DNA of 64,000 nt, from assembly GCA_050253335.1 (NCBI GenBank), contig JBFWJG010000004.1, forward strand, positions 1 through 64,000, given 5' to 3'. Each line of letters opens with the position of its first letter. The stretch's first letter is position 1. Positions 19,062 to 28,058 of this stretch are shown one piece after another. The notes beneath the pieces are model-generated. The model had not been told where the DNA came from, did no database searches, and saw only the letters and a list, made by a program, of their open reading frames with translations. The translations under genes and the position numbers were made by a program. The DNA is from Deferribacterales bacterium. Its GTDB lineage: Bacteria > Chrysiogenota > Deferribacteres > Deferribacterales > Geovibrionaceae.

Positions 19062-19442
19062 ATGGTTTATGAAACGGCACGGATGATAGCGGAGCTTCTG
19101 GAGGCTGAAGGAATATTCAGGCATGTGTTTGTTCACGGCGGGCCGCCCGATAAGGCGGCGGAGGAAATCCTGAGGGAACCGGGGGCCGTCGTGGTTTACA
19201 CGGGGGAGGAGGGGCAGCCTTCGGGAAGCGCGTTCAGGCGTGAACCGGTCTTCTCCGTGGTTCTGAAGACCTCCGCCCAGAGCAGGGGGGAGATTCCTGT
19301 GAAGACCGCTGGCGATGCCCTTGACGGGGTTTTCAGCGCTTTGCGGGGGCTCTCCCCTGCTTCATGGCGGGTTTCAGGCCTCTCCTCCGGCAGGGGAGGC
19401 AATTTCTACAGAATAGACCTCAGACTGAGACTAAAGGAATAA
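19062..19442 (+). CDS. Putative head completion/tail terminator (Mu gp37-like)
   Basis: Size and position; PGAVVVY.G motif. Confidence 0.45.
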   Translation: MVYETARMIAELLEAEGIFRHVFVHGGPPDKAAEEILREPGAVVVYTGEEGQPSGSAFRREPVFSVVLKTSAQSRGEIPVKTAGDALDGVFSALRGLSPASWRVSGLSSGRGGNFYRIDLRLRLKE

Positions 19443-19446
19443 GAAA

Positions 19447-20103
19447 ATGGCGATTGTTCTGAAAAATACCAATTTCGCGGTGAGCACTCTGGCATATGAG
19501 CTGGATCAGGCGGGTCAGCCCGCCCAGCTCACACTCACCGATTACACGGACTTTTCGCAGGCAGGCAGATTCAAAGTGGTGATTTGGGGCGGAGGTTTTG
19601 CTTCTCCTCTGGATGATCCTCAGCGGGAGATTGCTGAACTTGTTCCCGCGGGTATTCCCGGATTTGAGAACACATTTAACTGCTACGGCGGCAAAGAGGG
19701 GACGGAAAAGAGAAACTGGCCTGCGGGCAGCCGTATAGCTCATGTGATTACCGCAGGAAAACTGAACGAGCTTGAGGCTGAGATAGGGCTCAAGGCGGAT
19801 GCGGCGGATACTGAGCGCATCGGCACGGTGAGCGTTAAATCCGCCGACTGCTCAATGACCGGAGCGGAAAGAGCCGTGATGGTGAATGCCGGAGTATCTG
19901 ACATAAGAATAACCCTGCCCTCTCCGGCCGAAAATGCCGGACGTGTTTTTATAATAAAGCGCATTGACGCGGGCGTTGCGGCGGTGCGGGTGTCCGCCGG
20001 TTCGGGTGAGCTGATAGACACACAGAGTGCTGATATTCTGCTCTCCGCCCAGTGGGACAGGGTGCAGATAATCTCAGACGGCACAGACTGGTACACGGTT
20101 TAG
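19447..20103 (+). CDS. Tail fibre/baseplate-like structural protein
   Basis: N-terminal N.AVSTLA...EI...G.EGT...W.AG motif and C-terminal ITLP...G....IK...IDT...I.SDGTDW domain typical of phage fibre proteins. Confidence 0.55.
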   Translation: MAIVLKNTNFAVSTLAYELDQAGQPAQLTLTDYTDFSQAGRFKVVIWGGGFASPLDDPQREIAELVPAGIPGFENTFNCYGGKEGTEKRNWPAGSRIAHVITAGKLNELEAEIGLKADAADTERIGTVSVKSADCSMTGAERAVMVNAGVSDIRITLPSPAENAGRVFIIKRIDAGVAAVRVSAGSGELIDTQSADILLSAQWDRVQIISDGTDWYTV

Positions 20104-20112
20104 GGGGCGGGG

Positions 20113-20487
20113 ATGGTTTATCTGTGCGGCATACACCTTGAGGGGATGGTTTGGACAAATGAGTTTTCGGCGGGGCTTCCCGCCGCCGTTTCTGTTCCGT
20201 GCGCGGACGGAACATCGGCAGTATTCACTGAGACCGCAGGGAGCTTCGGCATAGATCTCGAATCCGCGGAGGATGACGGATGGCTCAGTCCGGCTGAGGC
20301 TCAGCAGCTCAAGGAAGCGGCATCAGACGCGGGCGCTGTTTATCTGTTTTCTCACAGAGGCAGGGAGTTCAGAGTCCGCTTCCGCCATGAGGACGCGCCC
20401 GCTCTGGAACTGAGGCCCGTCCGCCCCGCAGACGGCTGCGGGGAGAATGACTGCTTTTACGGAAAAATAAGGCTGAAAACAGTTTAG
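20113..20487 (+). CDS. Putative distal-tail (Dit-like) protein
   Basis: W.NEF...I.L....GWL...F.V.FRH.D.PA.E.RP...I.L.TV pattern resembling tail-tip genes of Mu-like siphophages. Confidence 0.5.
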   Translation: MVYLCGIHLEGMVWTNEFSAGLPAAVSVPCADGTSAVFTETAGSFGIDLESAEDDGWLSPAEAQQLKEAASDAGAVYLFSHRGREFRVRFRHEDAPALELRPVRPADGCGENDCFYGKIRLKTV

Positions 20488-20495
20488 GGGGAAAT

Positions 20496-21455
20496 ATGCA
20501 GACCGGAGACATAAAGTTCTACCGCTCAAAAACCGTCACGGACACGGCGGAAAACGGCGGGCATATGGATATATCAAGGGAGATTGTGAGCGGGGTGAAG
20601 TTTAATCTTTTTCCAAGAGTGACCGCCTTTGAGCGCACGAACGGAAAAACACGCCTGCGCAAGGCCTACATCGCCAACAGGGCGGCAGGGGCGGAACCCG
20701 CTTTTGACGCGGCTGTGGCGCTCACAGTGCCCAGCACCGGAGGGGACAGGTTTTACATAAAGACAGCCCAGAACCATGCGGAGACCGAAGGGGAGCTCAC
20801 CGCAGAAGGCTGGACAGGCGGCGGAAGGCTGTATGCGGACATCACAGCGGGGGATGCTTCCGTTCAGGTACTTTTCGAGCACAGCGACTACGCGGTGCCC
20901 GCGGGCGCGCTTCTCATGGTCAAGGCGGATTCGGGAAATATGTTCACCGCAAGGATTACAGGGGCTGACTGGACAGGGAATGTGGCTCTGATAGGGCTTG
21001 CCTCTCAGGCTCCGGATAACTTTGCCGCATCGGAAACCCACGCGGGAATATGCGTTGAGCTTGGGAATCTGGAAGCAAAGGCGGAGAACATAAGCGCAGT
21101 TTCAGCAGGCGGAACCTTCGCCTCCGAGGGGATATCGGTGTCCAACTGCGGCGCGGCTGAGGATGAATGGACTATAACCTTTGTTTCATCATCGGCGTTT
21201 AATGTGGCTGGAGCACAGGCAGGGAGTCTGCCTTCCGGAAGCATAACGGCAAATTATCAGCCTATGAACGCGGCTTCGGGCGATTTTTATTTTTCAATAG
21301 CTCACCAGAGCTGGGGCGGTTCGTGGCAGGCGGGGGACAGGCTCACCTTCAGCACCCGCGCCTCGGCGAAGGGTTTCTGGCTGAAAGAGATTGTGCCCGC
21401 CGGAACGGAACGTGAGGCGGATAACTTCATCCGCCTTGACTGGATAACGGACTAG
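20496..21455 (+). CDS. Phage tail-tip/baseplate protein
   Basis: DIKFY.S....DT..NGG.M...NLFP.V...ER..G..R.RK N-terminus resembling prophage tail proteins. Confidence 0.6.
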   Translation: MQTGDIKFYRSKTVTDTAENGGHMDISREIVSGVKFNLFPRVTAFERTNGKTRLRKAYIANRAAGAEPAFDAAVALTVPSTGGDRFYIKTAQNHAETEGELTAEGWTGGGRLYADITAGDASVQVLFEHSDYAVPAGALLMVKADSGNMFTARITGADWTGNVALIGLASQAPDNFAASETHAGICVELGNLEAKAENISAVSAGGTFASEGISVSNCGAAEDEWTITFVSSSAFNVAGAQAGSLPSGSITANYQPMNAASGDFYFSIAHQSWGGSWQAGDRLTFSTRASAKGFWLKEIVPAGTEREADNFIRLDWITD

Positions 21456-21458
21456 TCC

Positions 21459-23129
21459 ATGTACAGGACTGCGGGAGCCTTTGTTCCCGGAACAGACGGC
21501 TTTTCATCATCCGGCCTGAGCTTAAACGGTGCGCTTTATCTGCGGTTTCCCACAGGATGCGGGTCATCGTCAGAGCTGAAAGGGGCTTTGTCCTCCGGCG
21601 GTTTGTCCGAGCTGGCACAGCCTGCCGGACTGGACGATTGCTGTTATGTAACAAGTTCATACAGCGCAGAGCTGAAAGGCGGGATCATCTTTTCCGGCGC
21701 AGTGACTGACGCTGCTGAGGGAAACCTGAAAGCAGAAAGCGCTGTTTCACTGGGAGGCTCTCTGGAAGCTTGTTTGAGTATTTCCGGCGGGCTTTCTGGA
21801 CAGATTAAAGGCGCAAACACGATAGGCGACTCTGCCCTTTGCGGCATGGTGTCCCTGAGGGGTGAGATCTCCTTAAACTCCCTTTGCGGTTCGCTTTTTC
21901 TCAAATCATCAGTAGATGATGACATCGGCATAATTCAGTGTTCGTTCCGCTTTCTGCTGAACGGAAAGGATCTTACAGGCAAACTCGTAAGTGCCGTGAT
22001 CGGTTTTTACGGCAAAGACCCTTTCGCATCTTTCAGCGCCGTTGTCACGGAACCTGCGGAAAAGGGATCAGGAGCGGAATTTGTCATAGAGGGCTCTTCA
22101 TACTTTTTTGTGATCGAAAAAATAAAGAGAGCCGGACACACGTTGAAAATCAGCGGGCGCGCCGCCAAGGTTATGGATGAACCGCCCTATGGGGGCAGGA
22201 GATCGGTTTTCATGGCTGATACATCCGCATCTGCTCTGGCAGGGAGCGCTGTCTGGAGTGTGCCGGATTTCTCTGTTCCTCTGGTAAGGGGCAGTTTCTC
22301 AGAATCCGAGCTTCTGCGGGCGCTTGCTGATGAATGCGGAGCATCGGTGCGCATAGGCGCGGACGGACTTACCCGCGTTGTCAATCCGTATTCGGCGGAA
22401 AACAGCCTTAGTCCCGGCACATTTTTTGAGGCGGTGAGAACCTGCGAACAGCCGAAATACGGCGGAATCAGGGTGGTGTCGGGCTTATCTGCTGATCCTG
22501 TGATAGAGCCTGATGCGAAGAAGACAGCCCGCGGGAATTTCGTCACCGTATCGGTTTATGCCAACGGGGATGTGAAGATAAGTACCGATGCCGCCTTTTT
22601 TAAGCCGGACGGGCTGAGGGTTATCGAAAAGGAAGAGAAGATCCGTTTTTCAGACGGTGCGGGCAAGGCTTCCTATCCTGTTCTCAGGCTCCTGAGCGGA
22701 GCGGACGCGGCGGAAGGGCGCAGTGTTTATGTGCGTGAGGGGGGCAGTTTCGTCAGGAATGTCAGGTATGAAACCATCCGGCGTGACTGCCTGCTTTACG
22801 AAGAGGTAGAAAAAGATGCGGTTCTGCGTGCCGAAGCGGTGAAAACCGTTTTTTGCGCAGGTTCCGGCACGGCGGTAAAGGAGTTCCGGCAGAAGCTGAC
22901 AGGTGATCCGCTTGCTGCGGCAGCAAGGGCGCAGAATCTTAAACGCGGTCTCTGCGGCGGGGTTTATCTGGAAGTTGCACACCTTTTCAGTCCGGAGGCG
23001 GCTTCGGGGGATGCGCTTCTGATGCGTACATCCGCAGGCGAAGGGTACTGTGTTTCCTCATCAGTTGAGATAACATCCGCCCCGCTGAAAATAATCCAGA
23101 AAACAAAGCTTTACCTGAGGGAGGAATAA
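21459..23129 (+). CDS. Phage tail hub-like structural protein
   Basis: 556 aa; Gly/Ser-rich repetitive N-terminus, hub-like middle (L..LADECGA.V....DG...V); position in tail module. Confidence 0.45.
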   Translation: MYRTAGAFVPGTDGFSSSGLSLNGALYLRFPTGCGSSSELKGALSSGGLSELAQPAGLDDCCYVTSSYSAELKGGIIFSGAVTDAAEGNLKAESAVSLGGSLEACLSISGGLSGQIKGANTIGDSALCGMVSLRGEISLNSLCGSLFLKSSVDDDIGIIQCSFRFLLNGKDLTGKLVSAVIGFYGKDPFASFSAVVTEPAEKGSGAEFVIEGSSYFFVIEKIKRAGHTLKISGRAAKVMDEPPYGGRRSVFMADTSASALAGSAVWSVPDFSVPLVRGSFSESELLRALADECGASVRIGADGLTRVVNPYSAENSLSPGTFFEAVRTCEQPKYGGIRVVSGLSADPVIEPDAKKTARGNFVTVSVYANGDVKISTDAAFFKPDGLRVIEKEEKIRFSDGAGKASYPVLRLLSGADAAEGRSVYVREGGSFVRNVRYETIRRDCLLYEEVEKDAVLRAEAVKTVFCAGSGTAVKEFRQKLTGDPLAAAARAQNLKRGLCGGVYLEVAHLFSPEAASGDALLMRTSAGEGYCVSSSVEITSAPLKIIQKTKLYLREE

Positions 23130-23633
23130 ATGGCTGAGGTAACAGTTAGTTTTGTAACGCCCGCAAAAAGCGGGGAGAAGACGGTAATAGAGCTGGATGA
23201 AGATATGAATCTCGATTCCTCAGGCAGTGCGAAGAAATTTTTCCGCTACGGCGAAACGGCATATTTCAGGGCTTACGCCCCTTTGCCCGCTTCCCTGAGG
23301 GCTGTCTCATCCGACGGAAGCATCACTGAACACGGACTGGGCACTGCGACAATAAGCGGCGAGTTCATTCCCTTCACCGAATCAGCCGAGGCAGGGGCGA
23401 AATATCCCGTAAGGGAAATTGTCTCCTCCGTGTGGCTTGGGAGATCCCTCGGCAATGTAAAGAAAAGCGGCGCTTACTCTGTTTCATGCGAAATTGAGCC
23501 GGATGCCGCAGGTGAAAGCGGAGTGGGGCTTCTTGAACTTACATATTCATCAGGCTTTAAAAGGTTCGGCATAACACTGCCGAAGAAAAGCAGGCCTGAG
23601 TGCCCCGTGCTTATTTACGTTTTTCAGGAATAG
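23130..23633 (+). CDS. Phage structural protein, unknown
   Basis: Abuts upstream ORF; shares motif with the next ORF. Confidence 0.5.
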   Translation: MAEVTVSFVTPAKSGEKTVIELDEDMNLDSSGSAKKFFRYGETAYFRAYAPLPASLRAVSSDGSITEHGLGTATISGEFIPFTESAEAGAKYPVREIVSSVWLGRSLGNVKKSGAYSVSCEIEPDAAGESGVGLLELTYSSGFKRFGITLPKKSRPECPVLIYVFQE

Positions 23634-23636
23634 CTT

Positions 23637-24353
23637 ATGGGCTCATTCATTGTCGGCTTCGGCGCGGAAAAGAAGGAAGGGGAGCTCCTCCTGACAGAAG
23701 ATCACGAACGGAGCGGAAACAAAAGCCTCTACTCAGCCGGAGAAAAGTCATATGTGCGTATATATCCCGCCGGACTGAATGCGGAGATAACTGTCTCAGG
23801 CGGTTCGTGGAGATATTCGGCATACGGTCTCAGCGAAATGCACACGGAGCATATCCCTTTTGCGGATCAGACCGAAGGCAGGCTGAAATATCCTGTGGTG
23901 CGGGTGCTGAATGTTTCCCGCGCGGCGGACGGCTCCTCCCCCTTTGTGGGCGGGCGTTCAGTGAGGTTCAGAGAAAACAGGCTGGATTCTGTTTCCGTTG
24001 AATATGAAACGTCCTATGATCTCATCGAAATCACAGGGTTTTCCGCACGGTACGTGATCCTGAAAGTCTCCTGCGCCGCTGGAACTGCTTACCTTGAGCT
24101 GGACTACACTGGGGAAGAGACTGATCTCTCCTCCCGCATGGTGATACTCACGGCGAGGGATGCGGCTTCAAGGGAGATCATCCCCCATGCGCAGGTTTTC
24201 ATGAACGGTACTTTCAGGGGCGTGACAGACGGCGGAGGAATGCTGAATCTGGGCAGGCTGAAGAAGGGGCAGTACAGCCTCCTTGTGCGCAAGGACGGCT
24301 ATCTGGACACTGATAAGGACAACCTCAAAAATGACAGTTTCAGGATCGAATAA
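23637..24353 (+). CDS. Phage structural protein with C-terminal PEGA/carboxypeptidase-regulatory-like domain
   Basis: A.VFMNG...G.TD..G...LG.L..G.Y.L.VRKDGY. Confidence 0.55.
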   Translation: MGSFIVGFGAEKKEGELLLTEDHERSGNKSLYSAGEKSYVRIYPAGLNAEITVSGGSWRYSAYGLSEMHTEHIPFADQTEGRLKYPVVRVLNVSRAADGSSPFVGGRSVRFRENRLDSVSVEYETSYDLIEITGFSARYVILKVSCAAGTAYLELDYTGEETDLSSRMVILTARDAASREIIPHAQVFMNGTFRGVTDGGGMLNLGRLKKGQYSLLVRKDGYLDTDKDNLKNDSFRIE

Positions 24354-25228
24354 TGGAACTGAACCTATATCTCAGCAGAGAAAACTGGCGGCCGGAGGGG
24401 CTCTGCACCGTAAAAGGGCGGAGCGCGGGGATTGAGTTTGACGATACGGACGGGATTCCGGGGCTGGTTTTGCCTCTGTTTATGGATGTGTACATGGATC
24501 AGGACGGCACAGCCCATGCGGACGCGATGACTGTTCTCCTCTCTGACGGAACGGAGAGCGAGGAGTTTCTCCTGCATAATCCGCCATGCGCCAAGTCGCC
24601 CCTGCGCAAGGGGGCACTGAGCTATTCCGCGGAGGATGGGGAGCTTGTTTTCAGCTTTCCCCGACTGGCGTTCAGCGGGTTCGGCGGTTATGTGATACGG
24701 ACGGGCGGCGGCTCTGTCAGCTATCTTACCCCGGGGAGAATAGGGGAGATAATCCGTACTGTGCCGGAGTATACGGGCTCAAGCCCCGAAAATTTCAGAC
24801 TGATGTTCAGCGATACGTCAGTTGCTCCGGGGGAAACCGTGTCGGTGATGTTCACCCTTGCCGGAAGTGCTGAGGAGTTCATGTACCGTTCGTCCGTTTT
24901 TGAAACATCAGTGTGGACATCGGCAGTGATTGCCGGATGCGGTCTTTACCGTGACGGAGCCTTTTATGAAGGCGGGGAAGGAGCAGAGTTTGAGCCGGAA
25001 AGGTTTGCCCATTCTGATTTCCGCTGGGCTGTGGAGTTCAGGGGACAGGCTTATGCCCTGAAAGCGGCGGACTTCACCCGCTTCTTAATCGGCGAGCGGG
25101 CGGCAGTTGTTAAAAACGGACTGGACGGAAATGCGCTGACCACGGGCAAGGCTTCTCAGGCTTCCGCAAGGGATACCCTTGATGAGGATGACATCATAGT
25201 TCCGTTCAAATTTTACGGAGGGGCGTGA
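24353..25228 (+). CDS. Phage structural protein, unknown
   Basis: TAATG overlap with upstream ORF; inside tail module. Confidence 0.5.
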   Translation: MELNLYLSRENWRPEGLCTVKGRSAGIEFDDTDGIPGLVLPLFMDVYMDQDGTAHADAMTVLLSDGTESEEFLLHNPPCAKSPLRKGALSYSAEDGELVFSFPRLAFSGFGGYVIRTGGGSVSYLTPGRIGEIIRTVPEYTGSSPENFRLMFSDTSVAPGETVSVMFTLAGSAEEFMYRSSVFETSVWTSAVIAGCGLYRDGAFYEGGEGAEFEPERFAHSDFRWAVEFRGQAYALKAADFTRFLIGERAAVVKNGLDGNALTTGKASQASARDTLDEDDIIVPFKFYGGA

Positions 25229-26241
25229 TGGAAAAATATCCTCTGCGGAACATAGGTGAGGCTGTCACAGGCACAGAGTTCAGGAAAGGGGTGATCCTCT
25301 CCGTTAATGCGGAGGCGGATAAGGCTGATGTGGATGCGGACTCGGCAGTTTATCAGGGCGTGCCTCTGTTTTACCGATGCAAGGGGGACGAGGAGGCGCA
25401 TCCGGACGGCTCGGTTAAGGGCGCCGGCGGGGTGTTCACAGCCGGAGATGAGGTCATAGTCTGCTTTATCGGCGGTGTGCCTCTGGTTGTGGGCTTCGCA
25501 GGCGGGGCAAGACCCTGTTTCACATACAGGGCGGCGTATCACGCTGATGGCGGATGGTACATAGCGGGTGACGGGGAGATAGTTCCCGATGAATTTGTCA
25601 CGGAGGCTGAGTTTGAAGAGCGCTACATAATAGCTGAACCGCTCCCCGACAGCGGCGGCTACGGAATCGAATCCGAAAAAATTCAGCAGGATGCGTGTCT
25701 GAGCATAACCTCGCACAAATTCAGCCTGAACGGCGGGCTAATTTCGGAGGAGAGCGAATATTACGATTTCTGCGTGTTGGACACGTGGGGAGGCTGGTTC
25801 ACTCTTTTCAGCCAGTCCGCATACGCCGGATTCAGCGCTTGTTTTTATGAACATACCGCTCAGGCAGTCATAGACGGGGACAGATGGACAGTGGAGCGCT
25901 CATACCGTTTCGGTTTCGGTTCGGAATATGACGAAACCGCCCGTTTGCGGGAGGACTGGTTTGTTTATCCGCTATACAGCGGGGAGAAGATACGCTCATT
26001 CGGCGGATTTTACGGCGGGAGGAACAGCGGCGGCGAATTTCTGCTGGCTTCATGCGTAACCGGAACAGAGACGGAGGACAGCGGATTTGCGGTGTATCTC
26101 TTCAACAGGGAGGGTTTGAAAAAGCACATCTTCCCTTGTTCGGCGGGGAATGCGGATCTGGGCTTGGGTTTTTCGGCGGCGGAAGCGGTTCTGATTAAAG
26201 TAAAAAACGGGGGAGGAAATAATGATATGGAAGAATCTTAA
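25225..26241 (+). CDS. Putative tail spike-like protein (N-terminal OB-fold-like)
   Basis: G.I.SV......A.V...VP.FY.C...F..GDEV.V.F....P.VVGF resembles gp5/gpV OB-fold N-termini. Confidence 0.45.
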   Translation: MMEKYPLRNIGEAVTGTEFRKGVILSVNAEADKADVDADSAVYQGVPLFYRCKGDEEAHPDGSVKGAGGVFTAGDEVIVCFIGGVPLVVGFAGGARPCFTYRAAYHADGGWYIAGDGEIVPDEFVTEAEFEERYIIAEPLPDSGGYGIESEKIQQDACLSITSHKFSLNGGLISEESEYYDFCVLDTWGGWFTLFSQSAYAGFSACFYEHTAQAVIDGDRWTVERSYRFGFGSEYDETARLREDWFVYPLYSGEKIRSFGGFYGGRNSGGEFLLASCVTGTETEDSGFAVYLFNREGLKKHIFPCSAGNADLGLGFSAAEAVLIKVKNGGGNNDMEES

Positions 26242-26650
26242 ATATTTTACCGAGAAGGAGAAATGGGGAAATGCAGAGAAGATGAACCCTGCGCTGCTCC
26301 TGCTCCTTGACAGGCTCAGAGAAAAGGTGGGCAGGCCTTTTGTAATCCATTGCGGCTATGAGGAAGGGGGGCACGCCTCCGGCAGCAGACACTACAGAGG
26401 GGATGCCGTGGATTTTCATATCGAAGGGATGAGGTTTCCGGAGGCCGCGGACAGCCTTCTCAGAGCACTGCACGAGACTGAACTTCTGGGGCAGGTAAGC
26501 GCCGCTTATGTGGGTCTCGGAATTTATCCCGACTGGAACACGCCGGGCTTTCATCTGGATATAAGGGGCTATTCCGCCCGCTGGGGAAGAATAGGCGGGG
26601 AATATGTGAGTTTTGAAAAAGCGTATAAGCACGCAGGAGGGGTGAAATGA
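26222..26650 (+). CDS. Peptidase M15 family endolysin
   Basis: LD.LRE..G.P..I..GY, SRHYRGDAVD (SxHxxGxAxD), FHLD. Confidence 0.8.
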   Translation: MIWKNLKYFTEKEKWGNAEKMNPALLLLLDRLREKVGRPFVIHCGYEEGGHASGSRHYRGDAVDFHIEGMRFPEAADSLLRALHETELLGQVSAAYVGLGIYPDWNTPGFHLDIRGYSARWGRIGGEYVSFEKAYKHAGGVK

Positions 26651-26856
26651 TTTCTATACTGGTTAAGATGTTCTCGGGCGCGATGCTCGGTGTGGCGAAG
26701 GCTTTTCTTACGGAAAAAATAATTACTCTGGTTGTGGTGGAGGTGCTCAAAGAGCTCGCCGCTTCAACAAAAACGACCATAGACGACCGCATAGTGAGTG
26801 AGGTTGCCGCTTCTCTTGGAATGGTGGATCTCTCCGAAATCAAAAAGAAGCTTTAA
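26647..26856 (+). CDS. Putative holin
   Basis: 69 aa, hydrophobic N-half, T.T.IDD motif, basic C-terminus, ATGA overlap with endolysin. Confidence 0.5.
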   Translation: MISILVKMFSGAMLGVAKAFLTEKIITLVVVEVLKELAASTKTTIDDRIVSEVAASLGMVDLSEIKKKL

Positions 26857-26868
26857 GCGGGGGACAGC

Positions 26869-28050
26869 ATGGGAAAGAGAAGAACATCGGCTGAGATACT
26901 GAACAGCGTTTTTGAATCGGCTGACCAAAGCCTTAAAGCAAAATACAAAACAGAGGACGAAGTGCTGAACCTTGTTTTTGACCGGCAGTCCGGCAGGCTT
27001 AAAGTCGATCTGGAAGGGGGCGGTGGAAGCAAGCCTTACTCCAATCCCCTTGAAACATACGCCTCAACAGATCCTGCGGGGGTATTGGGCGGCGGACTGC
27101 TGTTCGGGAATCTGAGCGGCTCCAAGAAATGGATTGGCGGAGCTCTGGCGCAGAACGGGAAGGTTTACTGCGCGCCTAATGATGCCTCCCAGATACTTGA
27201 AATAGACCCTGTGACCCGTGAAACATCTCTCTTCGGCTCATTCAGCGGTTCCAATAAATGGATTGGCGGCGCTCTTGCGCCAAATGGAAAGATATACTGC
27301 GCGCCTTATAATTCGCCTCAGGTTCTGGAGATTGACCCCGTGGCAAAGACGGGAACTCTCTTCGGAGCCCTGAGCGGTTCGTCCAAGTGGTACGGAGCCG
27401 TGCTTGCTCCCAACGGGAAAATATACTGTGCGCCTTATAATTCGACTCAGGTTCTGGAAATTGATCCGGCGACACAGGGCACAAGGCTTTTCGGCAGTAT
27501 AAACGGAGCAAGCAAATATGTCGGCGGTGTCCTCGCCCCTGACGGGAAGATATATTTTATCCCGCTTTCAGCAGGGCAGATTATGGTTCTTGACCCGACG
27601 GCAGACTCGGTGGAGTTCTTCGGCACACTGCCTGATGATGTGCTGTATAAATGGGCATCAGGCGCTCTTGCGCCAAACGGAAAGATATACTGCGCGCCGT
27701 ATCAGGAAACACGGGTGCTTGAGATAGACCCTCTGACTCGTGAGACTGTTCTCTTCGGAGAACTGAGTGCAGGGAGCGGGAAGTGGAGCGGCGGTGCTCT
27801 CGCGCCGGACGGCAGAATATATTTTGCTCCGCTTAATTCCTCTCAGATTCTCTCTGTTGACCCTTCGTCAAGGGAAGCGAGCTTGTTCGGGAATGTCGGC
27901 GGTTCGGTGAATATGTTTGCGGGTGCGGTTGTTTCCCCGTCCGGCGGGGTAATTTTTGTTCCGAATTCATCGGCAAAGGTGCTTGAGATTCGTCAGGGCG
28001 CTCACGGCAGTCAGTGGTGGGCGCTGAACGCATACACCAATAAGTTTTAA
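26869..28050 (+). CDS. Seven-repeat beta-propeller protein (putative receptor-binding fibre)
   Basis: Seven ~43-aa repeats LFG..SGS.KW.GG.LAPNGKIYCAP.N..QVLEIDP after a short helical N-terminus and GGGGS linker. Confidence 0.75.
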   Translation: MGKRRTSAEILNSVFESADQSLKAKYKTEDEVLNLVFDRQSGRLKVDLEGGGGSKPYSNPLETYASTDPAGVLGGGLLFGNLSGSKKWIGGALAQNGKVYCAPNDASQILEIDPVTRETSLFGSFSGSNKWIGGALAPNGKIYCAPYNSPQVLEIDPVAKTGTLFGALSGSSKWYGAVLAPNGKIYCAPYNSTQVLEIDPATQGTRLFGSINGASKYVGGVLAPDGKIYFIPLSAGQIMVLDPTADSVEFFGTLPDDVLYKWASGALAPNGKIYCAPYQETRVLEIDPLTRETVLFGELSAGSGKWSGGALAPDGRIYFAPLNSSQILSVDPSSREASLFGNVGGSVNMFAGAVVSPSGGVIFVPNSSAKVLEIRQGAHGSQWWALNAYTNKF

Positions 28051-28058
28051 AGGGGCGG

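Noticed and set aside
26869..28050. Diversity-generating retroelement target
   Set aside because: Repeats are in-frame propeller blades, not an adenine-specific TR/VR pair; no reverse transcriptase in the window.
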